From Armatimonadota bacterium (GTDB lineage Bacteria; Armatimonadota; Zipacnadia; Zipacnadales; UBA5352), in NCBI GenBank assembly GCA_034722055.1, contig JAYENL010000198.1, positions 1 through 64,000 on the forward strand: DNA of 64,000 nucleotides, written 5' to 3'. Below, one piece after another: positions 20,277 through 28,811 of this stretch. Numbering within the stretch: position 1 is the stretch's first letter; each line of letters opens with the position of its first letter. Below the pieces are notes generated by a model that saw only the letters and a list, made by a program, of their open reading frames with translations, did no database searches and was not told the origin of the DNA. The position numbers and the translations under genes are program-made.

Positions 20277-20318
20277 CGCACGCACAGAGGCGCTGGCCTG
20301 GCCCGGCAGGTGATACCC

Positions 20319-21131
20319 ATGCCCACGATGCAACTGACCGTCCGCCGGCGGCGGATGATGAAGGTCAGCGATCCCAACCACGAGGCGAACTTCCATACCG
20401 ATCAGGTCGCCATCGAGCTTGACCCGTCCCGCACCGGCTTCGTGCTGGTGGACATGTGGGATTGCTCGGACGTCCCCGACGAGATCAAGCCGGGCGGGGT
20501 GAGCTTCTGCCAGCGCGCCGCGGAGATCACCGCCCTCCACATCGCCCCCGCGCTGGACGCCGCGCGCCAGGCCGGGCTGACGGTCATCCACGGGCCCACC
20601 TCCTTCGTCACCGAGAAGTACGACCACTCGTGCCGTCGCGCCCAGGTCCCCGAACCGGGGACCGGCGGCTCTCCCCGGCGCGACTGGCCGCCGCCCGAGC
20701 ACCGCGAGGCCTGGGCGCAGGAGCGTTGGGAGGCGCGCTACGGCGACTACGGGCCGGAGGAGAACCGGGCCCGGGTGGAGGGCACGCGCATCCTCCCCCA
20801 GGTGGAGCCCATCGAGAGCGACTGGATCATCGGCTCCAGCGAGGAGATGTACGCCATCTGCCGCCAGCAGGAGCTGCTGAGCCTCATCTACGTGGGCTTC
20901 GCGACCAACATGTGCCTGATCTTCAAGCCGGGGGCGCTGCAGGAGATGTCGAACGCCGGCTATCGGTGTGTGGTGCTGCGCGACTGCACCACCGCGGTCG
21001 AGAACGCCGACAGTTGGGGCGATCTCGACCAGACGCGGGCCTTCGTGGACTGGTTCGAGATGCAGATGCTGGCATACACCGCCACCTCCGCGAACTTCAT
21101 CGCGGCCTGCGCCGACGCCGCCGGCGGGTAG
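20319..21131 (+). CDS. Isochorismatase-like cysteine hydrolase
   Basis: VLVDMW, VIH, YVGFATNMC and VVLRDCTTA. The start could be 20310. Confidence 0.75.
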   Translation: MPTMQLTVRRRRMMKVSDPNHEANFHTDQVAIELDPSRTGFVLVDMWDCSDVPDEIKPGGVSFCQRAAEITALHIAPALDAARQAGLTVIHGPTSFVTEKYDHSCRRAQVPEPGTGGSPRRDWPPPEHREAWAQERWEARYGDYGPEENRARVEGTRILPQVEPIESDWIIGSSEEMYAICRQQELLSLIYVGFATNMCLIFKPGALQEMSNAGYRCVVLRDCTTAVENADSWGDLDQTRAFVDWFEMQMLAYTATSANFIAACADAAGG

Positions 21132-21235
21132 TCAGCGATCCTCCCGCGGCACGCGCCCCAGCGCAGCGAAGGAATCCCGCCGCCGCGCGGCAAACCTACT
21201 CCCAGCGACTGACCCCGCTCGGAGGAGCATGTTCC

Positions 21236-22825
21236 ATGTCCCTCACCAAGGAAGACATCATCAACGATCTGCGCGCGCTCGGCGTCGGCCCCGGCATGAC
21301 CATCATGGCGCACAGCAGTCTCTCATCACTGGGCCACGTCGAGGGCGGCGCCGAGACTCTCATCGAGGCGCTCATCGAGGCCGTGGGCCCGGAGGGCACC
21401 GTCGCCATGCCCGCCATGCCCGGAAGCGGCGTCTTCGACGTCGAGACCTCTCCCTCCACAGTGGGCACCGTCACGGAGGTCTTCCGCACCTATCCCGGCG
21501 TCAAGCGCAGCTTCCACCCCTCGCACTCCGCCTGCGCCATCGGCCCCAAGGCCGACTACCTGCTCGCGGACACCCTCCAGCAGCCCACTGCTGTGGGCGT
21601 GGAGTCCCCGTGGGGCAGGCTCTCGCGGCTCTCGGAGGGATACGTGCTGCTGCTGGGCGTGGACCAGGACCGCAACACGCTGCTGCACCACCCTGAGGAG
21701 ATCGTCCGCGCCCCGTACCTCTCCACGATCGAGCGGCAGTACGTGGACGAGCACGGGAACGTGCAGACCAAGACGCTGGAGCTGTTCCCCGGACCGCACC
21801 GGGACTTCATCGGCCTGGAGCCGCTGCTGCGCGAGGGCAGGGCCATGCGCATCGGCAAGGTGGGCGACGCCGTGGCCCGGCTGATGCACGCCGGCACCAC
21901 CGTGGAGATCGTGGTGGAGGCCCTTCGCGAGGACCCCGCGGCGGTGCTGTGCGATAACCCCAACTGCGACGACTGCGTTATGCAGCGGGCGAAGCTCAAG
22001 GCTCACGACCTGGCGCAGCATGACTTCACGGCCTCCGCGCTGCTGGATGAGCTGGTGGATGATCTCCGCGACGCGCGCGACGGCGGGGAGTGGGCCGGCG
22101 GCATGCAGGCTGTCTGGAATGAGGGCGTGCGCGCCGTGGAGCTGGGCGAGGCGTTGGGCGCGCAGCTCATCGAGGACCAGGAGGCGCGCCAGGGCTTCCT
22201 CGCCGACCTGGCGGAGATGGAGATGTCGGTGAGCTGCCTGCACTGCGGGCTGTCAGCGTGGGATTTCGTGGCGCAGGCGGAGTTCGTCCGGGCCCGAGTG
22301 GTGGAGGCTGGGGAGCTGGCACGAGCCATGGGGGCGCCGCTGGTGAAGGTCCCCGCGCCACCGCCCGACACCGATCCGGCTGCCGCCAGAGCTCGCCTGG
22401 GTCTGGCCTGCGAGGCCGCCGGCGATGACGTCACGGTGCTCTTCGAGAACACGCCGGGCAGCATCTGGGACACCGGCGAGGCCTGCGACGCGCCGCTGCT
22501 GGGGCTGGCCGATGACTATGACGTGGGCTTCGCCTTCAACCCGGCGCACTTCGCCAACGTCGGCGAGAAGCCGTTCCTGGGCACCTATCGCGACACCAAG
22601 CTCAAGCGCTACACTCGCATCATCTACGCCACCGACGGCTGCGTCCCCGGCCGCCCGCAGTACACCCTGCCCCTGGAGGGCAACGGGGAGGTCAAGGAGG
22701 TCATCTCCATCTTCCGCGCCCGCTGTTTCGACGGCTTCGTGACCCTGAAGATGGGTGACCGCCGCGGGCCCGGCGAGTTCAGGCGCCAGGCCGAGGCCTT
22801 CCGCCGCCTCCTCGAAACGAGCTGA
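21236..22825 (+). CDS. AAC(3)/YokD-family acetyltransferase fused to a xylose-isomerase-like TIM barrel
   Basis: N-half HSSLSSLGHVEGG, GTVAMPA, RSFHPSHS and LLLGV..NTLLH. C-half LFENTP, FNPAHF, YATDG and PLEGNGEV. RBS ggagga. Confidence 0.8.
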   Translation: MSLTKEDIINDLRALGVGPGMTIMAHSSLSSLGHVEGGAETLIEALIEAVGPEGTVAMPAMPGSGVFDVETSPSTVGTVTEVFRTYPGVKRSFHPSHSACAIGPKADYLLADTLQQPTAVGVESPWGRLSRLSEGYVLLLGVDQDRNTLLHHPEEIVRAPYLSTIERQYVDEHGNVQTKTLELFPGPHRDFIGLEPLLREGRAMRIGKVGDAVARLMHAGTTVEIVVEALREDPAAVLCDNPNCDDCVMQRAKLKAHDLAQHDFTASALLDELVDDLRDARDGGEWAGGMQAVWNEGVRAVELGEALGAQLIEDQEARQGFLADLAEMEMSVSCLHCGLSAWDFVAQAEFVRARVVEAGELARAMGAPLVKVPAPPPDTDPAAARARLGLACEAAGDDVTVLFENTPGSIWDTGEACDAPLLGLADDYDVGFAFNPAHFANVGEKPFLGTYRDTKLKRYTRIIYATDGCVPGRPQYTLPLEGNGEVKEVISIFRARCFDGFVTLKMGDRRGPGEFRRQAEAFRRLLETS

Positions 22826-22829
22826 TCCC

Positions 22830-24452
22830 ATGCCATCAGATGACTTCGACCTCATCATCTCCGGCGGCACCATCATCGACGGCAGCGGGAGAGCCGGCTT
22901 CGAGGCCGACGTGGCCGTCAGCGACGGCCTCATCGCGGCCGTCGGCAATCTCGACCGCGCCACTGCCGGCGAGCTCATCAACGCCAGCGGCCTCACCGTC
23001 ATCCCCGGGATCATCGACTGCCACGCGCACTCGGACCTCACGCTGCTGGCCGATCCCCGCGGCCAGTCGATGCTCCACCAGGGCGTCACCACGCAACTGA
23101 ACGGCCAGTGCGGACTGGGCGTCTTCCCGGTGCGCCCGGAGGACCGCGAGGAGCTGGCCGGCGCCGTCTCCTTCATTACCGCGCCGGTGGAGTGGACGTG
23201 GGCGAGCGCCGAAGACTACCTAGACACGCTCGATCGCGCCCGCCCGGCCTACTCGGCGGCCACTCTCGTCGGCCACGGCGCGCTGCGCTCATACGTGCTG
23301 GGCTTCGAGAACCGCGAGCCCACGGATGATGAGCTGCGGCACATGCAGGATGTCCTGCGCGAATCGCTCGACGCCGGCTGCTTCGGCCTGTCCTTCGGCT
23401 TCGAGTACGCGCCGGGCTTCTACGCGCAGGAGCGCGAGGTCCTGGCCCTGCTGGAGGTCATCGCCGAGCGCCAGGCCCTCGTCTCGGTGCACACCCGCAC
23501 CCAGCGCGAGGGCTTCGCCGACGCCGTCACGGAGATGGCTCAGTGGTGCCGGGAGGCCGGCGAGGGGATCCGGCTGCAGATCGACCACGTCAAGCGCGCC
23601 GGCGAGAGCACCTGGGGGACCATGGGGGAGCTGCTGGCGGTGATCGAGGAGCTGCGCGAGGGCGGGCTGGACATCGCCTTCGACCTCTACCCCTACGCCG
23701 CCGGCAGCCGGCACCTGTTCGGCTCCCTGCCCCCGTGGGTGCACGCCGGCGGCTCGGCGGCCATGCTCCAGCGCATCAGCCGGCCCGAGACGCGGCAGCG
23801 CCTGCGCGAGGAGCGACGGCAGTTCCAGCGAGGCGAGCGCGACCGCGATCCCTTCGATACCGCCTTCGACCGCATCCTGATCACCGACGTGCGTACGGAG
23901 GACAACGCCGACGCCATTGGCCGCACGCTCCAGGAGATCATGGAGGAGCGGGGCACCGACCCCATCGACACCTTCCTGGATCTGCTCATCGAGGAGAGCG
24001 GGCACGTCAGCGCGGTGTTCTTCTCCATGGCCGAGGAGGACGTGCGCCAGGCCCTTGCCCACCCCCTGGCGTGCATCGCCACGGACGGCCTCGCGTTCGC
24101 GCCGGAGGGCCCGGCGCACCTGGGCAACCCCCACCCGCGCTCCTACGGCACCTACCCGCGGCTCTTCGGCAGGTACGTGCGCGAGGAGAGTCTGATGCCC
24201 CTGGAGGAGGCCGTACACAAGTGCACCGCCTGGCCCGCGGAGCGGATGGGCCTGACCGATCGCGGCCGTATCGCGCGGGGCCTGCGCGCGGACCTGGTGC
24301 TCTTCGCCCACCACCGGATCATCGACACCGCCACGTGGGAGGAGCCGCACCAGTTCCCGCGCGGCATCGAGTTCGTCATCGTCGGCGGCAAGATAGCCGT
24401 CGAGCAGGGCCGGCAGAGCACTGAGCGCTACGGAGCCGCGCTGCGGGTGTAG
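22830..24452 (+). CDS. N-acyl-D-amino-acid deacylase (amidohydrolase)
   Basis: PGIIDCHAHSD, GVTT..GQCG, FDLYPY, HPRSYGTYPR and RGRIARGLRADLV. Confidence 0.9.
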   Translation: MPSDDFDLIISGGTIIDGSGRAGFEADVAVSDGLIAAVGNLDRATAGELINASGLTVIPGIIDCHAHSDLTLLADPRGQSMLHQGVTTQLNGQCGLGVFPVRPEDREELAGAVSFITAPVEWTWASAEDYLDTLDRARPAYSAATLVGHGALRSYVLGFENREPTDDELRHMQDVLRESLDAGCFGLSFGFEYAPGFYAQEREVLALLEVIAERQALVSVHTRTQREGFADAVTEMAQWCREAGEGIRLQIDHVKRAGESTWGTMGELLAVIEELREGGLDIAFDLYPYAAGSRHLFGSLPPWVHAGGSAAMLQRISRPETRQRLREERRQFQRGERDRDPFDTAFDRILITDVRTEDNADAIGRTLQEIMEERGTDPIDTFLDLLIEESGHVSAVFFSMAEEDVRQALAHPLACIATDGLAFAPEGPAHLGNPHPRSYGTYPRLFGRYVREESLMPLEEAVHKCTAWPAERMGLTDRGRIARGLRADLVLFAHHRIIDTATWEEPHQFPRGIEFVIVGGKIAVEQGRQSTERYGAALRV

Positions 24453-24564
24453 GGCAAGGGCGCGTGGAGGTGCCGGCGAGTCGCTTCTCGTCAGGACGGG
24501 CTCACGTTCTGGGACCTCCCTTTATCCACAAACCGGGACGGCTGGCGCCATGTCGTTCGTCGTT

Positions 24565-24906
24565 GGAGGGGCCGTCCTGAGGCTCCAGCGTCCTGTGCTG
24601 GAGCCGCAGCCGGCGGGGCCGTTCCGTTCGGGGCAGGGTACGGCGACGCTTTCCCGTGGGGCCGCGGGCCGGCTTCGTCGCGCATAAACAGCATGCGCTC
24701 CTCAGGCGGCCTCTCCTACGGCAAACGGTCCTCGCGCAACGTGTGGGCAAAGCCGAGGTCGTGAGGAGGGGCCGCCCCGAAGCGAAGCGAGGGGTGAGGC
24801 GCGTCAGCGCCTCAGGTTCCACCCCGGCCCATGTCGTGCGCGGCGAACGGCAAGCGAGCACCTGCAACGACAACGACCGGGAGGGTGCGTAGACCCTCCC
24901 CTCCAG
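24565..24906. repeat. REP-like cluster: family-A inverted doublet, family-B unit and a simple GGAG hairpin
   Basis: Family A at 24565-24614 (+) and 24666-24716 (-), family B at 24765-24830 (+), and a simple unit at about 24879-24906 (-) related to 18436-18470. Confidence 0.8.
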
Positions 24907-24951
24907 ACGGCTGGGCAACGACGACGACGGCGCGTGGAGAGGTGAGCGAGG

Positions 24952-25737
24952 ATGATCCACATCGGGACATCGGGCTTCTCCTACGACGATTGGGTCGGAC
25001 CCTTCTATCCGGAGGGCACCGACAAGGGCGACCTTCTGGACTACTACGCGCAGCATTTCGACTGCAACGAGGTCAACTACACCTACTATCGGATGCCGAA
25101 TGGAGGCACCCTGGCGGCCATGTCCGCCAAGACCGGCCCGGACTTCCGCTTCGTCATCAAGGCCAACCGCACGATGACGCACGAGCGCGAAGAGGCAGAT
25201 GAGGCCACCTTCCAGGAGTTCATCGCGGCGCTTGATCCGCTGCGGGAGCAGAGCAAGTTCGGCTGCGTGCTGGCGCAGTTCCCCAACTCCTTCAAGTGCA
25301 CCAAGCAGAACGTGAGCTACCTGCGCAGGTTCCGGGAGCTTATGCCCGGGGTGCCGGTGGTGTTGGAGTTCCGCAACCGCGGCTGGATCCGGGACGAGCT
25401 GTGGGAGTTCCTGCGCGAGCACGACTTCGGCTATTGCTGCGTGGATCAGCCGCAGTTCAGCAGCCTCATCCCGCCCATCGCGGAGGCCACCTCCAACATC
25501 GCCTACGTGCGCTTTCACGGCCGCAACTACGACAAGTGGTGGCAGCACGACGAGGCCTGGGAGCGCTACGACTACCTCTACTCGGAGGAGGAGCTTCGCG
25601 AGTGGGTGCCCAAGGTCCAGTCGCTGACCGAGCAGGCCGAGGACACCTACCTGTTCTTCAACAACCACTACCACGCGCAGGCGGTCCAGAACGCCATGCA
25701 GTTCGCGGAGATGCTCGAGGACGCGGACGTGAGCTAA
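24952..25737 (+). CDS. DUF72 family protein
   Basis: IGTSGFSYDDWVGPFYP, EVNYTYY, LAQFP, EFR, YVRFHGRN and FFNNH. Confidence 0.92.
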   Translation: MIHIGTSGFSYDDWVGPFYPEGTDKGDLLDYYAQHFDCNEVNYTYYRMPNGGTLAAMSAKTGPDFRFVIKANRTMTHEREEADEATFQEFIAALDPLREQSKFGCVLAQFPNSFKCTKQNVSYLRRFRELMPGVPVVLEFRNRGWIRDELWEFLREHDFGYCCVDQPQFSSLIPPIAEATSNIAYVRFHGRNYDKWWQHDEAWERYDYLYSEEELREWVPKVQSLTEQAEDTYLFFNNHYHAQAVQNAMQFAEMLEDADVS

Positions 25738-25823
25738 GGGACGGGGCGGTTGCCGTGCCGAGCGGCCGCCTGGGCCCCGTGCGCCTAAGCAACGGGGCGA
25801 AATCGGGCCCGCCGTTTGCCGTC

Positions 25824-26015
25824 CGTCGTACGGAGGGGCCGCCCGGAACGTAGTGAGGGGTGAGGCGCGCCAGCGCCGAAGGTTCCATCCCGGCCCGGCC
25901 GTTCGTCGTCCACTCTTCAGGCGCCACGGCGGGCCGGCATGGAAGCTGAGGTGCCTGCTCGCTGCCGCTCGTGGGCACCTCACCGCGCTGCGCGCGGCGG
26001 CCCCTCCGTACGACG
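25824..26015. repeat. Inverted doublet of family-B REP-like units (REPIN-like)
   Basis: Perfect 20-bp terminal inverted repeat cgtcgtacggaggggccgcc at 25824-25843 and 25996-26015. Confidence 0.85.
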
Positions 26016-26081
26016 TAAGGCAACGACCTGCGGGCACCGCGCGCGCAATCCCGCAACCGAGCACTGTCACTGGAGGCCCGC

Positions 26082-27011
26082 ATGAGGATACTCGTCACCG
26101 GCGGGGCCGGCTTCATCGGCTCCAACATCGTCGATCGCCACATCGCGGACGGGCACCAGGTGTCCGTGGTGGACAACCTGGCCACAGGGCGGCGGAGCAA
26201 TCTCAACCCGCAGGCCAGCTTCCACGAGGTTTCCATCACCGACGCGGAGGCGCTGGCGGAGGTGATGGCGGAGGAGGAGCCGGAGGTCGTCAACCACCAT
26301 GCGGCCCAGATGGACGTGCGCCGCTCAGTGAGCGAGCCGCAGTTCGACGCCGACACCAACATCATCGGGACGCTGAACGTGATCGAGACCGCCCGCGCCG
26401 CCGGGGCGCGCAAGTTCATCTTCTCATCATCGGGTGGCGCCATCTACGGCGAGGCGGACGAGATCCCCACGCCCGAGGACGCGCCGCTGCAGCCCATCTC
26501 CCATTACGGCGCCTCGAAGCTGGCCGGTGAGGTCTACTTCCAGCTCTACGGCCGCCTCTACGGGTGCGACTGCACCATCCTGCGCTACGCCAACGTCTAC
26601 GGCCCGCGCCAGAACCCGCACGGCGAGGCCGGCGTCAACGCCATCTTCGCGAACATGATGCTCCGCGGCGAGCGCCCCACCATCTTCGGCGCGGGCGACA
26701 AGACCCGCGACTACGTCTACGTGGGCGACGTGGTGGAGGCCAACGTCCTGGCGCTGGAGCACGGCGGGGGCGAGGTCCTCAACATCGGCACCGGCGTGCA
26801 GACCACCGACCAGGAGGTCTACGACGCCGTGGCGGCGGCGGTGGGCTTCGACGAGCCGCCCATCTACGGCGATGAGCGCCCCGGCGACGTCCGCCACTCC
26901 TGCGTCGATCCCTCACGCGCGAAGGACGTGCTCGGCTGGGAGCCGACAGTCGCGTTCCGCGAGGGCGTCCGCCGGACGGTGCAGTACCAGCGGGAGCACG
27001 AGGTAGGGTAG
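26082..27011 (+). CDS. NAD-dependent epimerase/dehydratase (UDP-glucose 4-epimerase-like)
   Basis: TGGAGFIGS, SSGGAIYG, YGASK, RYANVYGPRQ and TRDYVYV. Confidence 0.9.
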   Translation: MRILVTGGAGFIGSNIVDRHIADGHQVSVVDNLATGRRSNLNPQASFHEVSITDAEALAEVMAEEEPEVVNHHAAQMDVRRSVSEPQFDADTNIIGTLNVIETARAAGARKFIFSSSGGAIYGEADEIPTPEDAPLQPISHYGASKLAGEVYFQLYGRLYGCDCTILRYANVYGPRQNPHGEAGVNAIFANMMLRGERPTIFGAGDKTRDYVYVGDVVEANVLALEHGGGEVLNIGTGVQTTDQEVYDAVAAAVGFDEPPIYGDERPGDVRHSCVDPSRAKDVLGWEPTVAFREGVRRTVQYQREHEVG

Positions 27012-27064
27012 AACGATCGCACCGGACACCCGTCCTCGCCGAACGGTGCATGTCCTTGTCCGTG

Positions 27065-27536
27065 GGAGGGGCCGTCCTGAGGAGGGCTGTGAAGCCCGAC
27101 GAAGTCGGCCCACTCCCCGGCCATCAACTGCCGGGCCGACTTCGCGCGACTGCAAGGCAGTCGCCCTCAGGCGGCCCCTCCAACACCTCGAAGGCGCGAT
27201 GCGTTCAGACACGCCAACGCCGTGTCTTTAGCCGCCGTCTTTGCCGTCCGGAGCGGCGGCGCCTTTGGACCCGCCGGCCGATTGTCGTCAGCCGTTGTCG
27301 TTGTGGCCCCGATGCCCCGCCGGCGTGCCGTGCCGTACGGAGGTCGGGCGTGCCTACGCCCGGCGCGGGCCGAAAGGCCCGCACTTGCACCCCGTCACTC
27401 CGGCAACGTCACCGAAGCTCCTTCGCCGAACTGCAGGGCACCGGCGTCGGGGGCGGGGCCGCTGAAATACCCCGCCTCCATGCCCGGCAGGCCCTCGTGC
27501 GTGCGGCCCATCACCTGGGAAGGCCCCACACCTCCA
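27065..27536. repeat. REP-like cluster with family-A inverted doublet and further GGAG-tagged hairpins
   Basis: Family A at 27065-27111 (+) and 27133-27181 (-). Additional GGAG-led hairpins near 27339 (+) and 27450-27480 (-). Confidence 0.8.
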
Positions 27537-27564
27537 TCGCGCTCTTGTCGTCGCCGTCGCCGTT

Positions 27565-27599
27565 GCTTGCAGCTTGAGGCTTGCAGCTTGCGGCTTGAG
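27565..27599. repeat. Heptamer tandem array (GCTTGCA/GCTTGAG x5)
   Basis: gcttgca gcttgag gcttgca gcttgcg gcttgag, immediately after the M14 stop codon. Confidence 0.8.
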
Positions 27600-27602
27600 A
27601 AG

Positions 27603-28544
27603 CTACTCCATCAGCTCCTCGCACAGACACGAGACCACCATCATGCAGGTGTCGATGATCTGCTCGTGCGACCAGGCGGCATCGGAGTCCAGGACCCCCT
27701 GCGGGCTCTCATACAGCAGCGGCACCGAGCCGCCGAAGTGGTGGTAGAGGCAGGTGGAGAGCCGGTCCGACGTGGGGAAGCTCTCGTTGAAGGGGATGTC
27801 CTCAGTGCGAGCGCGCTCCAGGATCCGCTCGCAGAGGCCCTGCTGGCGCTGGCGGATGTCCTCCGGCAGGCCCGCGTCGGGCCGGATGAGCATGGGGAGC
27901 GCGGCGTGGGCGTGAAACTCCAACACCACGTCGGGCTCATGATCGGCCATGAAGTCCATCAGGGCGCGGATCTCGGGGCTGCGGATGTTCTCCGGGTCGG
28001 TCTCCCGGTTGACGTGCTGGCCGTCGTCGTTGAACAGCCCGCCCAGGATCATCATCTCGTCGGGATCGCAGTCCTCGTCGCCTGGCTCGTGCCGCTCGCC
28101 CTCCAGGGTCATGCCGGCGTCGTAGTGCAGGATATCCTGGCGCGCCAGGCCCACGAAGGAGTTGGGCATCCGGGCCCGCGCATCGGGGTTGAGCAGCGGC
28201 ACGATCACGTAGTTGAGGTCATCGACGATCTGCGGCCAGGAGGTGCCCTTCAGGTCCCGGCCGTAGCCCAGCACTGTGATGACATTCAGGCACGCTGCGG
28301 CGCCCTGGGGCTCGTGTCCGTGCATGCCTCCCACCAGCGCCAGCGTCGGGGCGCCGGTGCGCCCGCGGTAGGTCACGCCGTGGATGGCTCGGCCTCCGGC
28401 GGAGGTGCCGATGTGCTCCACCTGGCAGTGCACGGCACCGGACAGAATGCGGTCGAAGCGGTCGAAGGTCGCCGGCCAGAACTCCGGCGTCGAGATCAGC
28501 GGCGGCAGGCGACGGATCAGCATGGGGTCCATCATCGTCGTCAT
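27603..28544 (-). CDS. M14 family zinc carboxypeptidase-like protein
   Basis: GGMHGHE (HxxE), PLLNPD, NR, EFH and YESP. RBS aggagg. Confidence 0.8.
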   Translation of the reverse strand: MTTMMDPMLIRRLPPLISTPEFWPATFDRFDRILSGAVHCQVEHIGTSAGGRAIHGVTYRGRTGAPTLALVGGMHGHEPQGAAACLNVITVLGYGRDLKGTSWPQIVDDLNYVIVPLLNPDARARMPNSFVGLARQDILHYDAGMTLEGERHEPGDEDCDPDEMMILGGLFNDDGQHVNRETDPENIRSPEIRALMDFMADHEPDVVLEFHAHAALPMLIRPDAGLPEDIRQRQQGLCERILERARTEDIPFNESFPTSDRLSTCLYHHFGGSVPLLYESPQGVLDSDAAWSHEQIIDTCMMVVSCLCEELME

Positions 28545-28649
28545 CCTCCTTGGCCCAGGCGCCGCTCGGGCTCAGTCGAGTGCGTTGGATGCTGAGTGCC
28601 CAGGGCTCACGTATCACCCCACGTGACGTCGAGACGGCCGTTCCCCCGT

Positions 28650-28767
28650 GGAGGGGCCGTCCTGAGGCCGGTTGCCTGAGCAACCAGCCGAAGCCGGCCC
28701 CTGTGGTTGTCCGCAGCCCGCGGGCTGACTTCGCGCGCCCTCTGTGGCGCGCTCAGGCAGCCCCTCC
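28650..28767. repeat. Inverted doublet of family-A REP-like units
   Basis: Units at 28650-28701 (+) and 28722-28767 (-). The second has a compensatory GGGCTG/CAGCCC outer stem. Confidence 0.85.
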
Positions 28768-28811
28768 ACCGGAATCGCACAGTGTCTTCGGGCACACTTC
28801 ACGACGCGAGC

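Noticed and set aside
20456..21235. 260-codon upstream extension of the AAC(3) ORF overlapping the isochorismatase gene (possible frameshift fusion)
   Set aside because: The extension is an Arg/Gly/Pro-rich shadow-frame translation. There is a good RBS and ATG at 21236 and no slippery site was noticed.
21236..21990. Aminoglycoside resistance gene call
   Set aside because: Family membership alone does not show resistance. The domain is fused, has host-like composition and lacks any mobile context.
27065..27111. Hammerhead ribozyme-like CTGAGGA-[stem]-GA in some family-A copies
   Set aside because: The stem is followed by GACGAAG rather than GAAA, there is no stem III or UH cleavage site, and most copies lack CUGAnGA.
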